Positions 12,051-23,755 of a stretch of 60,000 nucleotides of DNA are shown here, piece after piece. The position numbers and the translations under genes were made by a program. How positions within the stretch are numbered: the stretch's first letter is position 1; every line of letters begins with the position of its first letter. The stretch is from NCBI GenBank assembly GCA_013239625.1, contig MU053881.1, forward strand, positions 3,350,001 to 3,410,000. The letters are read 5' to 3'. The notes under the pieces are model-generated. The model saw only the letters and a program-made list of their open reading frames with translations. It did not search any database and was not told the DNA's origin. The DNA comes from Lama guanicoe (lineage: Eukaryota).

Positions 12051-14519
12051 AAATGGCATGGAGATCTTCATCAGCAAGGGCATTCATTCCGATTCTTGGA
12101 AAATGTTGTGTGCTGTGAGAGGGGAGGGTGAGTGAAGAGAAGGATCAGTGAAGGGGGAGCCTTTTGGGAGGTGGGGGCGAGAAAGAAAGAAGGAAGAGAG
12201 ATGCAGTTGCTAGGAGCGATGGATTTTGGAGACAGCGGCGGGTAAAGAGATTTTAAAGGAAAATCTTGCTTGGTTTTGTGCCATGTAATTTCCCCTTTGC
12301 ACGCTCCTTAAGAGGTCTTGGAATACAGACCTGCCTTACTTTTACAGGCTTTCACAGCTGTACTTACATTTCTTTTGGAGGTGACCCAAAGCCCAAGATA
12401 CTTCTAAGGCAGCCTGTTTTTATTTGTAGAGCCCCGGATTCCCCAGGGGGAATCTGATTCCACCTGGGACCTCAGCTGGGAAGTTTCTTTTCTCTGTGAA
12501 GGCGGTGGAGTATAGTCATCCTTGTCAGGCTCAGAGCAGAGTTCCAGATTGGACAGAGTTGCCATTTCTAGATCATCACTAAATAGCAAAAGGCATTTTT
12601 CAGAGAGCCTTGGAGGAAGCAGAGCTCCCTAGGGAGGGACTCAAGGTGGTTGTACTTAGAGGGGTTCTGAGCATGGCCAACAGCCAGGGAGACTGAGGGA
12701 CACAGCAGAAAGAAGCACCTCAGAATAGATGTGTTGTGCATAGGCAGGCAGAGCTTTGCCGCAAACCCAGAAATCCAAGCAGACAAGACACACATCGGAC
12801 CACAACAGATCTGAGCAGAAACAGTCTCCTAGCCTCATCTGCCTGTATGGTTTCACCAACTGCTTAGCAAGAAGAAAATGGAAATTAGCATCAGAACTCT
12901 GCTGCGAAGGGTTAGTGGTTACTATTTATGATAGATGGGGATGTAGGCATGGCCCCTCTCTTAGAAAGCTTGCACAGATGGCTGGCTGCTAGTTCAGAAA
13001 GAAATCAGGAATTCTGGACCCTGGGTCCCTTGCTTACGTTGGGCACATGCTCATACTGTTCACACTCAGTCCAGAGTGACCGAGGTGATGCTTCTCACTG
13101 GTTTGTTTCCTTCATAAAGTCTCCCGCTACAGAGCTCACCAATGAAAAGGATGCACAGTATGATCCTATTTTTGAAACTTTTTTTTCTCTCTATGCCCAA
13201 CTAGATTTAAGTAGGAAAAAAGATAAGAAGGTGTAATAGAAAAATCTGCACAATATTATTTGGATCAGAGAGGCTATACATGGTCAAAACTTTTTCTTTT
13301 AGCACGTCTTTATCTTTTAAACCTTTTAATGTGAAGGTGATTACTTTTATAATGAGATAAAAAGTTAATCTTTCAATAATAATAGTGGCTGGGTCACACC
13401 AGCTGACACTTGGTGGATGCTCGACCTGAGCCAGGAAGCATGCTGGGCACATCACAGCCGTTATCCCGTTTCCTTCTTACAGCATCCAGTGAAGCAGAGT
13501 TCTCCTTACGCTCTTAATACAAAGGAGGAAACCTGGGACAGGAATTCACGTGCCCCAGCACACGCGGCTAGTGGGAAGCAAAATTGGGGTCTTTCTGGTT
13601 CCAAAGCTCATGTTTTGTTAATTTTTGTTTATTTTTGTCTCCCTGAAACGTTTCCCAAGGAAATGCTATGCAATGAAAGATGTACAATGCAACTTCTTTC
13701 CCCTCCAAAGAGTTTGCATCTTCTAAAATGACAACTTTATAAGAAATATGTCCACACCAGGCACAGTGTGGGAGGAATTTGCATGTGTAAAATGATTCTC
13801 TTAGGTTGGACAGGTTATAAAACACATGTTTTCTTTTCTTCTGATTTCCCCTTTGAAGTCCTTTGAAGTGATAGATGTCTTAGACCTAGTATAAGAAATG
13901 CAATTTGAAAAAAAATGATGTCTCTGAGAAGCCAGTGCTTTTCTCATCATATCAGCAAGCTACAAAATCCTCAGCGTTTTAAAACAAAATATGACAGACA
14001 CCTTTCTGACAGCTCTCAGAGGAGCCCAGAGCCGTAATCTCAGGTTTTTTTTGAACAGTAAGCCAGGAAAACGCTATTTCAGACCCTTGGATCTCTGGGG
14101 AGATTATCGCTCCTGTATCCCCAGGGCAGCATGTGTTGTTATCACGGCTCTGCAGAGCCTAAAAGGTCACGCCTTCCCCGCATCTGCAGCAGACCGAGCT
14201 CGACTTTCCTGTGGAATTGCCACAGCGTTTTCATTTCTGCCTGGGCCACCGTCACTTCTGAGCCTCACGTATAGACTTGGGAAAATGAAGCTGGGTATTT
14301 TTTAGGAATCTTTTTCTCAGACCATTGAAGTTATTTCTCTTGGAGGTAATTTGGATCTTTCTGACCAGGCCATATTTCCCCCAAGAAACTGATGCACATG
14401 AACTTCAGAAGAAGACTTCTGTTCAATTGTTAGGAGATCTGAGAAGCTGTGACACGTCTCCCCACCCTGAACGTCCCCATAGCTTATCCTCTCTTCCCTT
14501 TATCAGTCCATTCTCTACA

Positions 14520-15010
14520 TGCCCCAGAGTGAAGTTTCCAGGAAACAAAACCCCTCATCAGGTCCCGCTGATGTTTTACATCATTCAGTGGCTTCCCAGT
14601 CCTTCAAGGATGAAGCCCCGACCTGTCAGCACAGCATTCAAGGTCCTTCTGCCCCTGACTTTGTGGCCAGCCTCACCTGCAGCAAACGCCCCTCCCATTC
14701 ACCTGCATCCCATCTATGGAAAGTGACTTGTTTTTCCTTGCTGATACCTTGCACCCTGAAGATCTGTCTCTGCTCATGTTGTTCCTGCTGTCTGGAGTGC
14801 TAGCCTGACCCCTCGTCCACCCCCAAAACTCACCAGGATTCTGTTAAATTGAGCTCAAATGCAACTTCCTCTAGAACGCTTTTTCTCCAACTCACTCTTT
14901 CCCTCCACTTCTCCGTTTCACGTCTCCCACTGAACTACTCCCTCATGTTCCCCGTGCCCCATGGTACCCTGTCCACCCCTCTGGTACAGCCCTCTACACG
15001 CTGCTCTGTG
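14520..15010 (+). mobile_element. L2 fragment
   Basis: cattcagtggcttcccag...cacagcattcaaggtcct...agctcaaatgcaacttcctctagaa. Confidence 0.7.
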
Positions 15011-15019
15011 ATTGTGAAA

Positions 15020-15260
15020 GTACAGCAGTTAACAGCATGGATCCCGAAGTCAGATGGACCTGGGTTGGTTACGAGTCCAGATTCCCCACGTGTTGGCTGT
15101 GTGACTTCCAGCAGGTTATGATCACATCTTTCTCAGAATTAATTTCCTTTCTATGACTTGCAGCATAATAGAATCACCTTGCAAGGTTGGGAAGATTAAA
15201 GGAGACCATGCATGCAAAGTGACAGCACGGTGCCTGGACTAGAGGCGACCTCAGCTAGTG
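15020..15260 (+). mobile_element. MIR
   Basis: gaagtcagatggacctgggtt...gctgtgtgacttcca...gaagattaaaggaga...acagcacggtgcctgg. Confidence 0.7.
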
Positions 15261-16599
15261 GCACCTCTGTCATTTCTGTCATCAATTGCCTCTGTGTTTG
15301 TGACCACGCCATCCTTAAGAGTGGAACTGTGGCCACTTCGTATCTGTAATGTAAATGCTTGGCACGGGGGCCTGGCCCAGAAAACACTCTGGGCTTGTGG
15401 AATGCAGAGCCCCCTGTGGAGGCTTGACATCCTTGTTTGAATAATGGGAATCAATGACCCAATCACAATGTGAATTGCTACTGGTACCCAGCACCCTGCC
15501 AAAGGCCCCGAGCTTAGCCTCAGATCCCAACAGGAGCCCACGTTTGCGATGCTAACTCCACTTCCCCACTACTCTTCTAGGCTCCTTTGCAAATTTTATG
15601 CCTTGAAGATTAGGTAATAGCACTGGTAATTCTGCCCCAAATTCACATTTTACTTTCAAATGCTCCTGCATTCATCTAGATCCTAAAAGTGGTCCTGATT
15701 TTCCCAGAATCCACTCATACTCAGGAAACTGGGCAGAAGCCAAAACATAGGCAGGAAAAGCAAAAATAATTTTCTGGTTTAGCTGAAGCCTTCTGCAAAG
15801 CGTGTGGTTTGGGGGCCTTTGGAGAGATTCTTTTCTTGGAGGTCACAGAGCCCAGGGAGGAAGGCTGGTTCCGGGTGGCCCAGCTCTGCCATCACTGCCT
15901 GTGCGGTCCTGGTTCAGGCCCCTGAGCCACTTGAGCCGGGTTCTGTGAAATGTGCATGGAACTGGGTCTCCCCTGGGCCCAGACACTTGCTTTGCCCAGA
16001 GCAAATGCTCGATTAGTGAAACATTGTTAAAGGTAGTGTTTGAGAGGATTATCCTGATGGGAACTCCGTGGGAACCCAGTTTGCCCTGTGGCTGCTCAGG
16101 TGAGATGGTGGGTCTTGCCTGATTGCAACATATTTGTCCGAGGTTGGGGGAGTCTCTTTGCAGAGAACTGACCCCGAGGGAGGAAGGTATCCGAGGTGGC
16201 TGAAGTGGTTGACCAGTAACCGAGTCTTGGTCATCATTGGGAAGTGAGGCCCGTAAGTAGACTGGGCGGCAAGATCTCCACCACTCCATATGCCCCTGGA
16301 CCAGCTGCCTGGACGCACGCCTGGATTCTAGCAAGAGAATGCGTGCGCTGTAGTGGGAAAAGGAAGGCGCCTTCACAGTTGTCAGTGTAACATGTTGGGG
16401 CCCAAGCAGCTCTAAGTGGGGTCCCTTTCTCATTCAGAGAGAGAGAGAGCCATTCTTCTGCCCCACTTTGCCGTGTATTCCTGTGGCCCTTGACCCAGAG
16501 TGAGTTTGGGGTATCTCTAGTGCGCAGCAGACCGCTCTGGCCGGTTAGGACCAGCCCTGCCCCGCAGAGCAGACCTGCGGTGACAGAGCCAGCAGCTCC

Positions 16600-16692
16600 G
16601 GATTGGATTAGGGCCCACCCCAATGGCCTCGCTGCAATTTAATCAGCTCTTTAAATGCAGTCACATGCAGAGGTACTGACAGTTAGAGCTTT
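16600..16692 (-). mobile_element. MLT1 LTR fragment
   Basis: attggattagggcccaccc...aaatgcagtcacatgcagaggtactg. Confidence 0.6.
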
Positions 16693-17419
16693 TGTTCCTA
16701 GTGAGTCCAACGAAAGCTCTGGAATTGAGTCCCACTGAACCGGTCCGGCTCTTCCCCTCATTCTAAGCCAGTCACCCTGGAGAAGCCACAAGGCTTGAGA
16801 TTCAGTAAGAGGTTCCTTAGAGGAAAGTCAGGATGCTCTTACCAGTGAAGAACGGGGCGGCTGCTGGGCTGCTGAGAACACCACAGACTCTCGCTGCAGC
16901 ACCCTCACTGGAGTTCTCCTGGTGGGCACAGGCGACTCGGACCATCCTGGCTTTAAGGCCACAGCTGTCAGATGGCTCCGTCTCTGAACCCCGCTTTTCA
17001 CGGGCACTGAAGCCTGGTCCCTGTTCTGAGCAAGGTGGCCTTTCATCAGTCTGTGGAAGGGCAGACCAGGAAAGAGGCCCTTGGTCCATACTGTTTTCTC
17101 ATCTCCTTAAGGTAGGAAAACCAAGACCCCATTCTCCATGGGGAGAGCTGACCTTTGGGACATTTGTAGTGAGAGTCTCTCTGCCTCTGGCCAATATGGG
17201 GCTGGTGTGACCATTAGAGGGGGAGCACCTACCATGGGTGGGGCTCATAGGACGCTTGTGAGTTTGGTATGATCATTGGTGCCTTTTTACAGATGAGGAC
17301 ACTGAGGCGCAGTGGGGAAGTCACTAGTCACCCAGGTGGCAGGTGATGGAGCTGGGATATGGGGGGCTGGGCCCCCCAAGCCAGGCTCTGTCCCATGTCA
17401 CATTTCCATCTCAATACCT

Positions 17420-17606
17420 CAAACCCTGCTTATGATGAGTCATCCCATCAGGAAGTCTCCCCCCACTGATGACCGAATCACCTCCGAAGGCTCCACCCCC
17501 TTAGGAAACATCACACTGCGGAGGCGGGGTGGAGAGATTAGGTCTTCAACCCATGAACTTATTTAACACACGAATTTGGGGGAACACGAACATGCAGTTC
17601 ATAACA
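17420..17606 (-). mobile_element. MaLR LTR fragment (MLT1A/MST-like)
   Basis: atcacctccgaaggctccaccc...gaatttgggggaacacgaacatgcagttcataaca. Confidence 0.65.
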
Positions 17607-18289
17607 GCTGGAATGGCCAAGAGGAGCCCTCTCGAGGTGACATTGGAGCTAAAACCGGAGAAGAGGGAAGACACAGGGGACAGGCCAGGGGAGGTTGAAA
17701 GAGGAGACCCCAGAGTTGGGCATTGATGGATACGTTGACATCTACGTTGTGGGGACAGGAGGGAAGGCAGTCAGAGGACGGTAGGAGTAGAAGTGGGGGA
17801 ACGGGCTCCCAGGCTCAGGAAGCAGAGCTCTGGATTTTGGCCAGGGATGGAGGTAGGGAAGCAGGAAGTGCTGGGAGGAGAAGACTGAGGCCAGTGGTAC
17901 CTTAGGACACGCTCAGCTACATGCCTAAGAGCCAAGCCGACTTTTTGAGCTTGTCCTGGGAGTTCATGAAGCTGTTGCTGTTGATTTTAATGGAAATAGG
18001 CATAAATTATTCACAGGGTACAGCTGAGACTTGTTCACAGCTACACCAGGAGTAAAAGAAAAATACTGTTCACTAAGTGCCAACCACAGGCTAAGAAGTA
18101 GAAACAGGTTGTTCACGCTTTTGGAGAAAGCTCTGCCGCCACTCAGATGATGCTGTCAGGTTCTGGGACGTTCTGGTAGCTTCCTGCATCATGACATAGA
18201 CACCTGCGGTTCCCGTGGCAGGGAAGCTGCTTGTCACCACCTTCCTTGTCTGATTCCTGCTTACCCGTCAGGTCTCCAGGACCCTGACG

Positions 18290-18560
18290 CTTCCCTAGAG
18301 GCTCTCCCGGGCATCCACCTCTGCCACCCTGATGGTCTCTCATCTTACCCTATTTTTGAAAACCTTTGTGCTTCTCACATTTTGAGATTATGTTTTTATT
18401 TCTGTGTGTGTTTCATGATCACTCGATCACTGCACTGCGAATTTCCCAGAGAGAAGGATCATTTCTGTCCTACTCATCCTCAAATCCCCAGGTCTGAGGG
18501 GGCGCCTGGCACATAGCAGGTACCGGATGAATGTTGGTTGAAATGAAATGAAATAAAATG
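18290..18560 (+). mobile_element. L2 3' end, followed by a minus-strand MIR (~18560-18740)
   Basis: gcctggcacatagcaggtaccggatgaatgttggttgaaatgaaatgaa. Confidence 0.75.
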
Positions 18561-18809
18561 AGCCAGGGGCCGTGCTAAGAAGCTCTGGAAGTGATGGGTC
18601 ATTTAATCCTCACAGCAACCTAATGAGAAAGAGAGCATTATCACTATTGTATAGATGTGGGAACTGATGCCCAAGGTCACCCCATTTGTAAGGGGTGGAG
18701 CTAAATTCAAGTTCAAGACTCTTTTTTTGACTGACTAGCAGGCTCTGAGACAGCCCCAGGCACCTCTAACCAAAAAGGACACACACAAACACACTCACCC
18801 TCACATTGC

Positions 18810-18886
18810 TCTTTTCTTTTCTTTCCTTTTCTTTTCTTTTCTTTTCTTTTCTTTTCTTTTCTTTTCTTTTCTTTTCTTATCTTTTC
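18810..18886. repeat. (TTTTC)n polypyrimidine microsatellite
   Basis: About 15 near-perfect pentamer units. Confidence 0.95.
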
Positions 18887-20254
18887 TCAAAGCAGCGCCA
18901 CTGTTCCAAGGACTCAGTTCAGTCTTGGATTCCACATGCATGTCGTGCTCATCCTCTGTGAATCTCCTGGAATTTCATAGGCATTCTTCCCATAATCCCC
19001 CTCTGAACTAAAATGAGACTTTGTTCAACGTAGGAAGGTGCTCAGATAGTTCAGAGCTACGTGAACGTGAAACACCGACAATGACCCTGTGCACGTCTCA
19101 GAATATACTGCATGTTACTGCCCCCAAAAATTCACGACCAGGATTCGCTTGTCAAGTAATTTTCTTTTTCTGGGAGTTGCAGGAAGGAGCTGGTTATATT
19201 AAAATATAAATCCCCAGGGCAGCTGAAACCCCAGAGCCCTCGGGAGGTGCCCTGAAAGTCCATAGCCATTTGCAATACCTTTGAAGACGTGATAGAACTT
19301 GCACATTTCCCTGCAATCCAGCTGCCGGTCCCTGTGGTTTTCTGCTCTGGGCTGGCATTGATAACATTCTCCGTGGCACTTTTTATTAACTCCTTCTCTC
19401 TTTGGAACCATGTTTTGGGGAAAGATTTTTGCTTGACTAAATGAACTGTGGGTGGTGTTGAAACATACATTTGTTTCCTGGGTTTCTGCTAATCGTCACA
19501 CGGAGAAGAGCCTGTCAGAACTTTTGATTGGAGGCAATGATGTGATAATAATGATGGCATGGGGCCACCGTCCTCTCCACGGATCCCCCAGACCCTCAGA
19601 GCTCTGGATACAGAAAGTGGCTGTGTAACACAATAAGCCATGTGTCAGGGAACGCGACCGTTGTGACAGAGACACTCTGGCCTCAGAAGCCTGGAATATT
19701 TCCTATCTGATCCTTTACAGAGGTGTTTCCTGACCCTTAGCTTAAGTGGCAAAACTTGAGAGAATTTGTCTATTCCACTGAGCATGACATCCTTGTCTTT
19801 CTGTAGACATATTAGCGTGTTTAATTATGGAGTGCAGTCCAGAACCCTCTGGGACTGTTCCTCAGTGTACTTTTTTAACATCCAAGCATCCTGCAACGTG
19901 TCTGGCATCAGGGTTTCAGACAGAGAAATGAGAACCTGCAGTAGCTCACTCTCGGTGTTCTCTCCTTGCCAACACTGCTCTAAGGAGCATCCGTGCAGTA
20001 ACTCTTCATCCTCAGGCAGGCATCCTCTCCCAGGTAAGGCAGATTCTAATACCTTTGTTGACAAATGAAGCCACTGCAACAAGGGAAGCCAGCGCGCCTG
20101 AGTTCACACAGGTAGTAAATGGAGTCTGCCTGGTCACCAGCTGGCCCCCCTCCTTAGCTCAGTGCAGGTGAGAGGCAGACAAGGTGTACATATTTGTTGG
20201 ATGCCTGGGAAGAAAAGGTGCTACCTTTTACCTGAAACTGTTTCTCAAGGTGTC

Positions 20255-20420
20255 CATAGGCCACCTGCATGAAAAAATACCTTGGCAGCAGGAGGGGAGT
20301 GTTTGTGAAAAATTCAGAATCCTGGGCTCCAGCCTTATGAAGTCAGAATCTCTGGGGAATCTAGCTTTGTTTTTCTTTTAAGCAGACTCTCTGGCTACTT
20401 TTGATGCACTCAAAGTCATT
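20255..20420. mobile_element. MER5A/B-like hAT MITE
   Basis: tttctcaagg...cagaatcctgggctcc...tcagaatctctgggga...ttgatgcactcaaag. Confidence 0.6.
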
Positions 20421-20699
20421 GTGGATCTTGGCTGTCAGCAGGGAATGGACACATTAAGTACCTTGATTGGCAGTCTCTGGAGGGCAGGACCTGTGTAGAA
20501 TGTTTCTCCTGCATCTTTCCTAGTCCTGCAGAGGGTGTCAATGAGTGGCATACATCCTCACTGAATTTCCAGGAGGGAAGGGTCTGCCCCCAGTGGACCC
20601 TCAGCGTCAGTTTGTTGAGACCAAGTCTTAAAATGTATTTGGTGCCTCGTGAAGTCATTCTCAGAGAATCTTCATTTGAAGAGGCGGGAAAGGAAACTA

Positions 20700-20910
20700 G
20701 TATCTATTGCTCATGTATGAGCCAGGCAGAGCACAAAACACTGAATATATGTTTTATCACTTAGTCTGCCTCACAATCCAATGGGGTGAAGATAACATCC
20801 CACTTTACAGATGTAAAAACTGAGGTTCAGACCTGCTCAAAGCCTCACAGTGAATAGATGATGAGCTGGGATCTGAACCCAAGACCATTTACCTCCCAAG
20901 TCTCTGCCCT
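20700..20910 (-). mobile_element. MIR
   Basis: cccactttacagatgtaaaaactgaggttcag...gagctgggatctgaacccaag. Confidence 0.75.
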
Positions 20911-21072
20911 TGTTTTCCCTTTGTTTTGGCCACATCATCTTTCCTCCTGAGCAACCTGTGCTGTTAAGTATATGATTTATGTCTATTTCAGCAATGAGGA
21001 ACAGATGAGAGAGGCTTCAAGTCACCCAGACAGTGGGTGTTGGAGATAGGATTCTTAATTTGATCCAATCTT

Positions 21073-21270
21073 TTTATACGTATATATATTCTTTTTCATA
21101 TTCTTTATTATTATAGGCACAAGACATTGAATATAGTTCCCTGTGCTAAACAGTAGAACCTTATTGTTTATCTATTAGATATATAGTAGTGTGTATCTGC
21201 AAATTGCAAACTCGTAATTTATCCCTCTCCTCTTCCCCCACTGGTAACCATAATTTGTTTTCTATATATG

Positions 21271-21303
<33 letters not shown>

Positions 21304-21366
21304 TGGAATACTACTCAGCCATAAAAAAGAATGAAATAATGCCATTTGCAGCAATACAGCTGGACC
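21073..21366 (-). mobile_element. Short L1 3'UTR insertion with 5' inversion, internal (CA)n and a 12-bp TSD
   Basis: Minus-strand L1 3'UTR at ~21073-21265, then a plus-strand piece tggaatactactcagccataaaaaagaatgaaataatgccatttgcagc at ~21304-21366. TSD tgatccaatctt at 21061-21072 and 21367-21378. Confidence 0.85.
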
Positions 21367-21799
21367 TGATCCAATCTTAATCCTACATGTTACATCCTCA
21401 CATGGAGAAGGTGGTGGTGGCATCAACCCTGGTTGGATTTCTAAGTCACCTGAGTATGTGACAGAAATTCTCCTCTAGAGTTAGGTCTCCTGGGCTGATT
21501 AAGAGGCATGGTTCTGCTATGGTGGAGGCAGCCATGTGACTCTCGATTCCAAGATGCCAGCTAGGAGGATTCAGGGCAAGATGCTATGTGGTAGGCACAA
21601 GGGCTCTTGTCACAGAAACTACAGGAAGCCAAAAGAGTCAGGAAAGTGCCTTAGGCAAGGGGACTAGGTCTTAGAGACACAGACCACCATGCCTAAAGTA
21701 GTTTGGGCTAATATAATATGATCAGAGTAGGGCTTTCTTCATTACCAACTCTAGCCAAATCAGAATTACTCAGATTCAAGCAATCCTTTAAAAATACTG

Positions 21800-22200
21800 A
21801 ACTATTATGACTCATGTGTAACAGAGATAAAGAATTAATACTCATGAGGGTAATTATTCATATGGTGGTCACAGAAATACAAAGTTAAACAATAGGGTAC
21901 TGTTTTTTTTTAACCTGTGAAACAAATAAAATAAATGGGAAAATCATAACACTCAGTGCTGGTCAGAATGTGGTAAAACTGACACATTTATATCCTGAGG
22001 ATAATGGTGTGAATGGATACAGCACATTTTGAAAAGTAGTAGTAACATGGATAAAAAGACAAACAATGTTGCTTCCTTTTATCTAATAATTTTACTCTCT
22101 GAGGAAATAACTTAATGAAAGGAATAGCTGTGTGTACTAAGAGGTTCACTACAGTAGAATCTGAAAGAATATTTAAAAAAAAAAAGAAAAAAGAAGGTTA
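21800..22200 (+). mobile_element. Old L1ME fragment
   Basis: ataacactcagtgctggtcagaatgtggtaaaactgacac...ggtgtgaatggatacagcacattttgaaaag. Confidence 0.55.
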
Positions 22201-22779
22201 TTAAGGCACCCTAAGGGACTAAGTCTGTGGACAAGAATAGGAGCCAGCAGGAAGTCCCCAGTATGCAAGGGTGGCTGGTGCTGGGAAGAGCTGGCATCTG
22301 GCAGCCAGAGTGGCAGTAACCATAGTAGTGGGAAGACATGAGAATGGGTTGAATGTTGGAGCCAGTGGGAGGGCACGTACCATGCATCTGCATTGTCTGT
22401 ACTAAACAGCCTCATGAGATGGGCACTTTAATTGTCCTCGTGAAGACACCTCCACCTGGTTAGGAAGACCACATCCTTATGAGCACAGACTCGTAACTGC
22501 TAGTGACGCTGCCTCTCAGGGGGCCTCACGTGTGCCTCTTGCCTGTGACAGGCCAGCTCTGCAGGTGCTTCTCATGCCTTCATGGGCTCACTTACTCTCC
22601 ATGGGACCCCATGTGGTGGACTATGATCCCTAGTAGGCCACCGGATAGCAGATTTGGAAGGATCCTTAGATGTTTTCTTGTTAAGAAGAGGAGTAAGTGA
22701 CCCAATCATGAATGATTATTAATTATTAATAATAGTGTTAATTTGTACTCGTAGAGTGTAATATACAATATAATTAAGT

Positions 22780-22980
22780 CGTGTGGGCCACAGGCAAGAC
22801 ATCATCTCACTTACTCCCTCAGGTCACTTCCTCTTCATTATATGTAATTATTCTCTTCCTCATTTTGAGGATGAGGGAACTGACGTTTAAAGGGTTGAAG
22901 CAGTTTCCCCAATACCACACAGCTAGTTAAAAATTGAGCTGGGATTCCCAGCAGGTTGGTTTGCCCAGAGGCCACAATCT
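22780..22980 (-). mobile_element. MIR
   Basis: cattttgaggatgagggaactgacg...cacacagctagtt...gagctgggattc. Confidence 0.65.
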
Positions 22981-23559
22981 GATTACCTTCCCAATTCTGT
23001 GGAACAAGACGTTGAGTCCCCAGCTGGGCACAGAGATGCCCAGGTCGGTCCCAGCAGGAGGCTCCCGGAGCCTCTGAGCCAAGCCCTAGAGGTTGTGGGC
23101 CAACATGCTAACTTGGGTGTCATCCAAGGTGAGGTGGGCCAGGCTGACCCCCTCTCAGAACCTGTGCAGGTGGCAGGGATGCACTGCCGACATTGCTTCT
23201 GTTGAGTTTGCAAAATGAAGATGAAAAACAAAATGCCTGGGGTTGCAGCGCTGGGTTTGGAGCGGGGGCAACGTAACTTTTTGGAGTTTGGAGCTAACTT
23301 GTCGACGCCCACACTCGTCTGGCAGGTTGGAGTTGATGTGTATGAGCTGGCGAAGAAACAGCAGCGAGATTTCTGCCACTGGCAGGCACAAAGGCTCCAG
23401 CTGGTGCAGAGGACAGCTGGCTGGCTGGCCGTAGCGGCTTCTGCGTGGTCTCATCCACCAGCCTGGGCTCCATATCCCCAACAAAGCCCCACGTGAGGGT
23501 GGAATGGATGATTGATGCTAGTTTGGGGGCTCTAATCTTGAGTCCTGCAGAGGAGATGA

Positions 23560-23755
23560 AAGCATGGAACTGGAAAGAAGTCAGACCTCTGAATCTCAGC
23601 TGTGCCTTGGATGACCTTGGGCAGCCACCTCACGTCTTGGAGTTTTGCTTTCCTCATCTGTAATACGGGGATGGTAGTAATTCCCACCTTTCTAGGGTTC
23701 AGTTAGATGATGTGTGTAATGTGGGTCATCCCCAAGTACACAGCACTTTTAATCT
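23560..23755 (+). mobile_element. MIR
   Basis: gatgaccttgggcagcc...tttcctcatctgtaatacggggatggtagta. Confidence 0.75.

Noticed and set aside
15843..16433. 196-aa minus-strand ORF (also the 192-aa ORF at 24777-25355 and the 157-aa ORF at 5421-5894)
   Set aside because: No recognisable domain; composition is typical of GC-rich non-coding DNA; the 24777-25355 ORF begins in a MIR.
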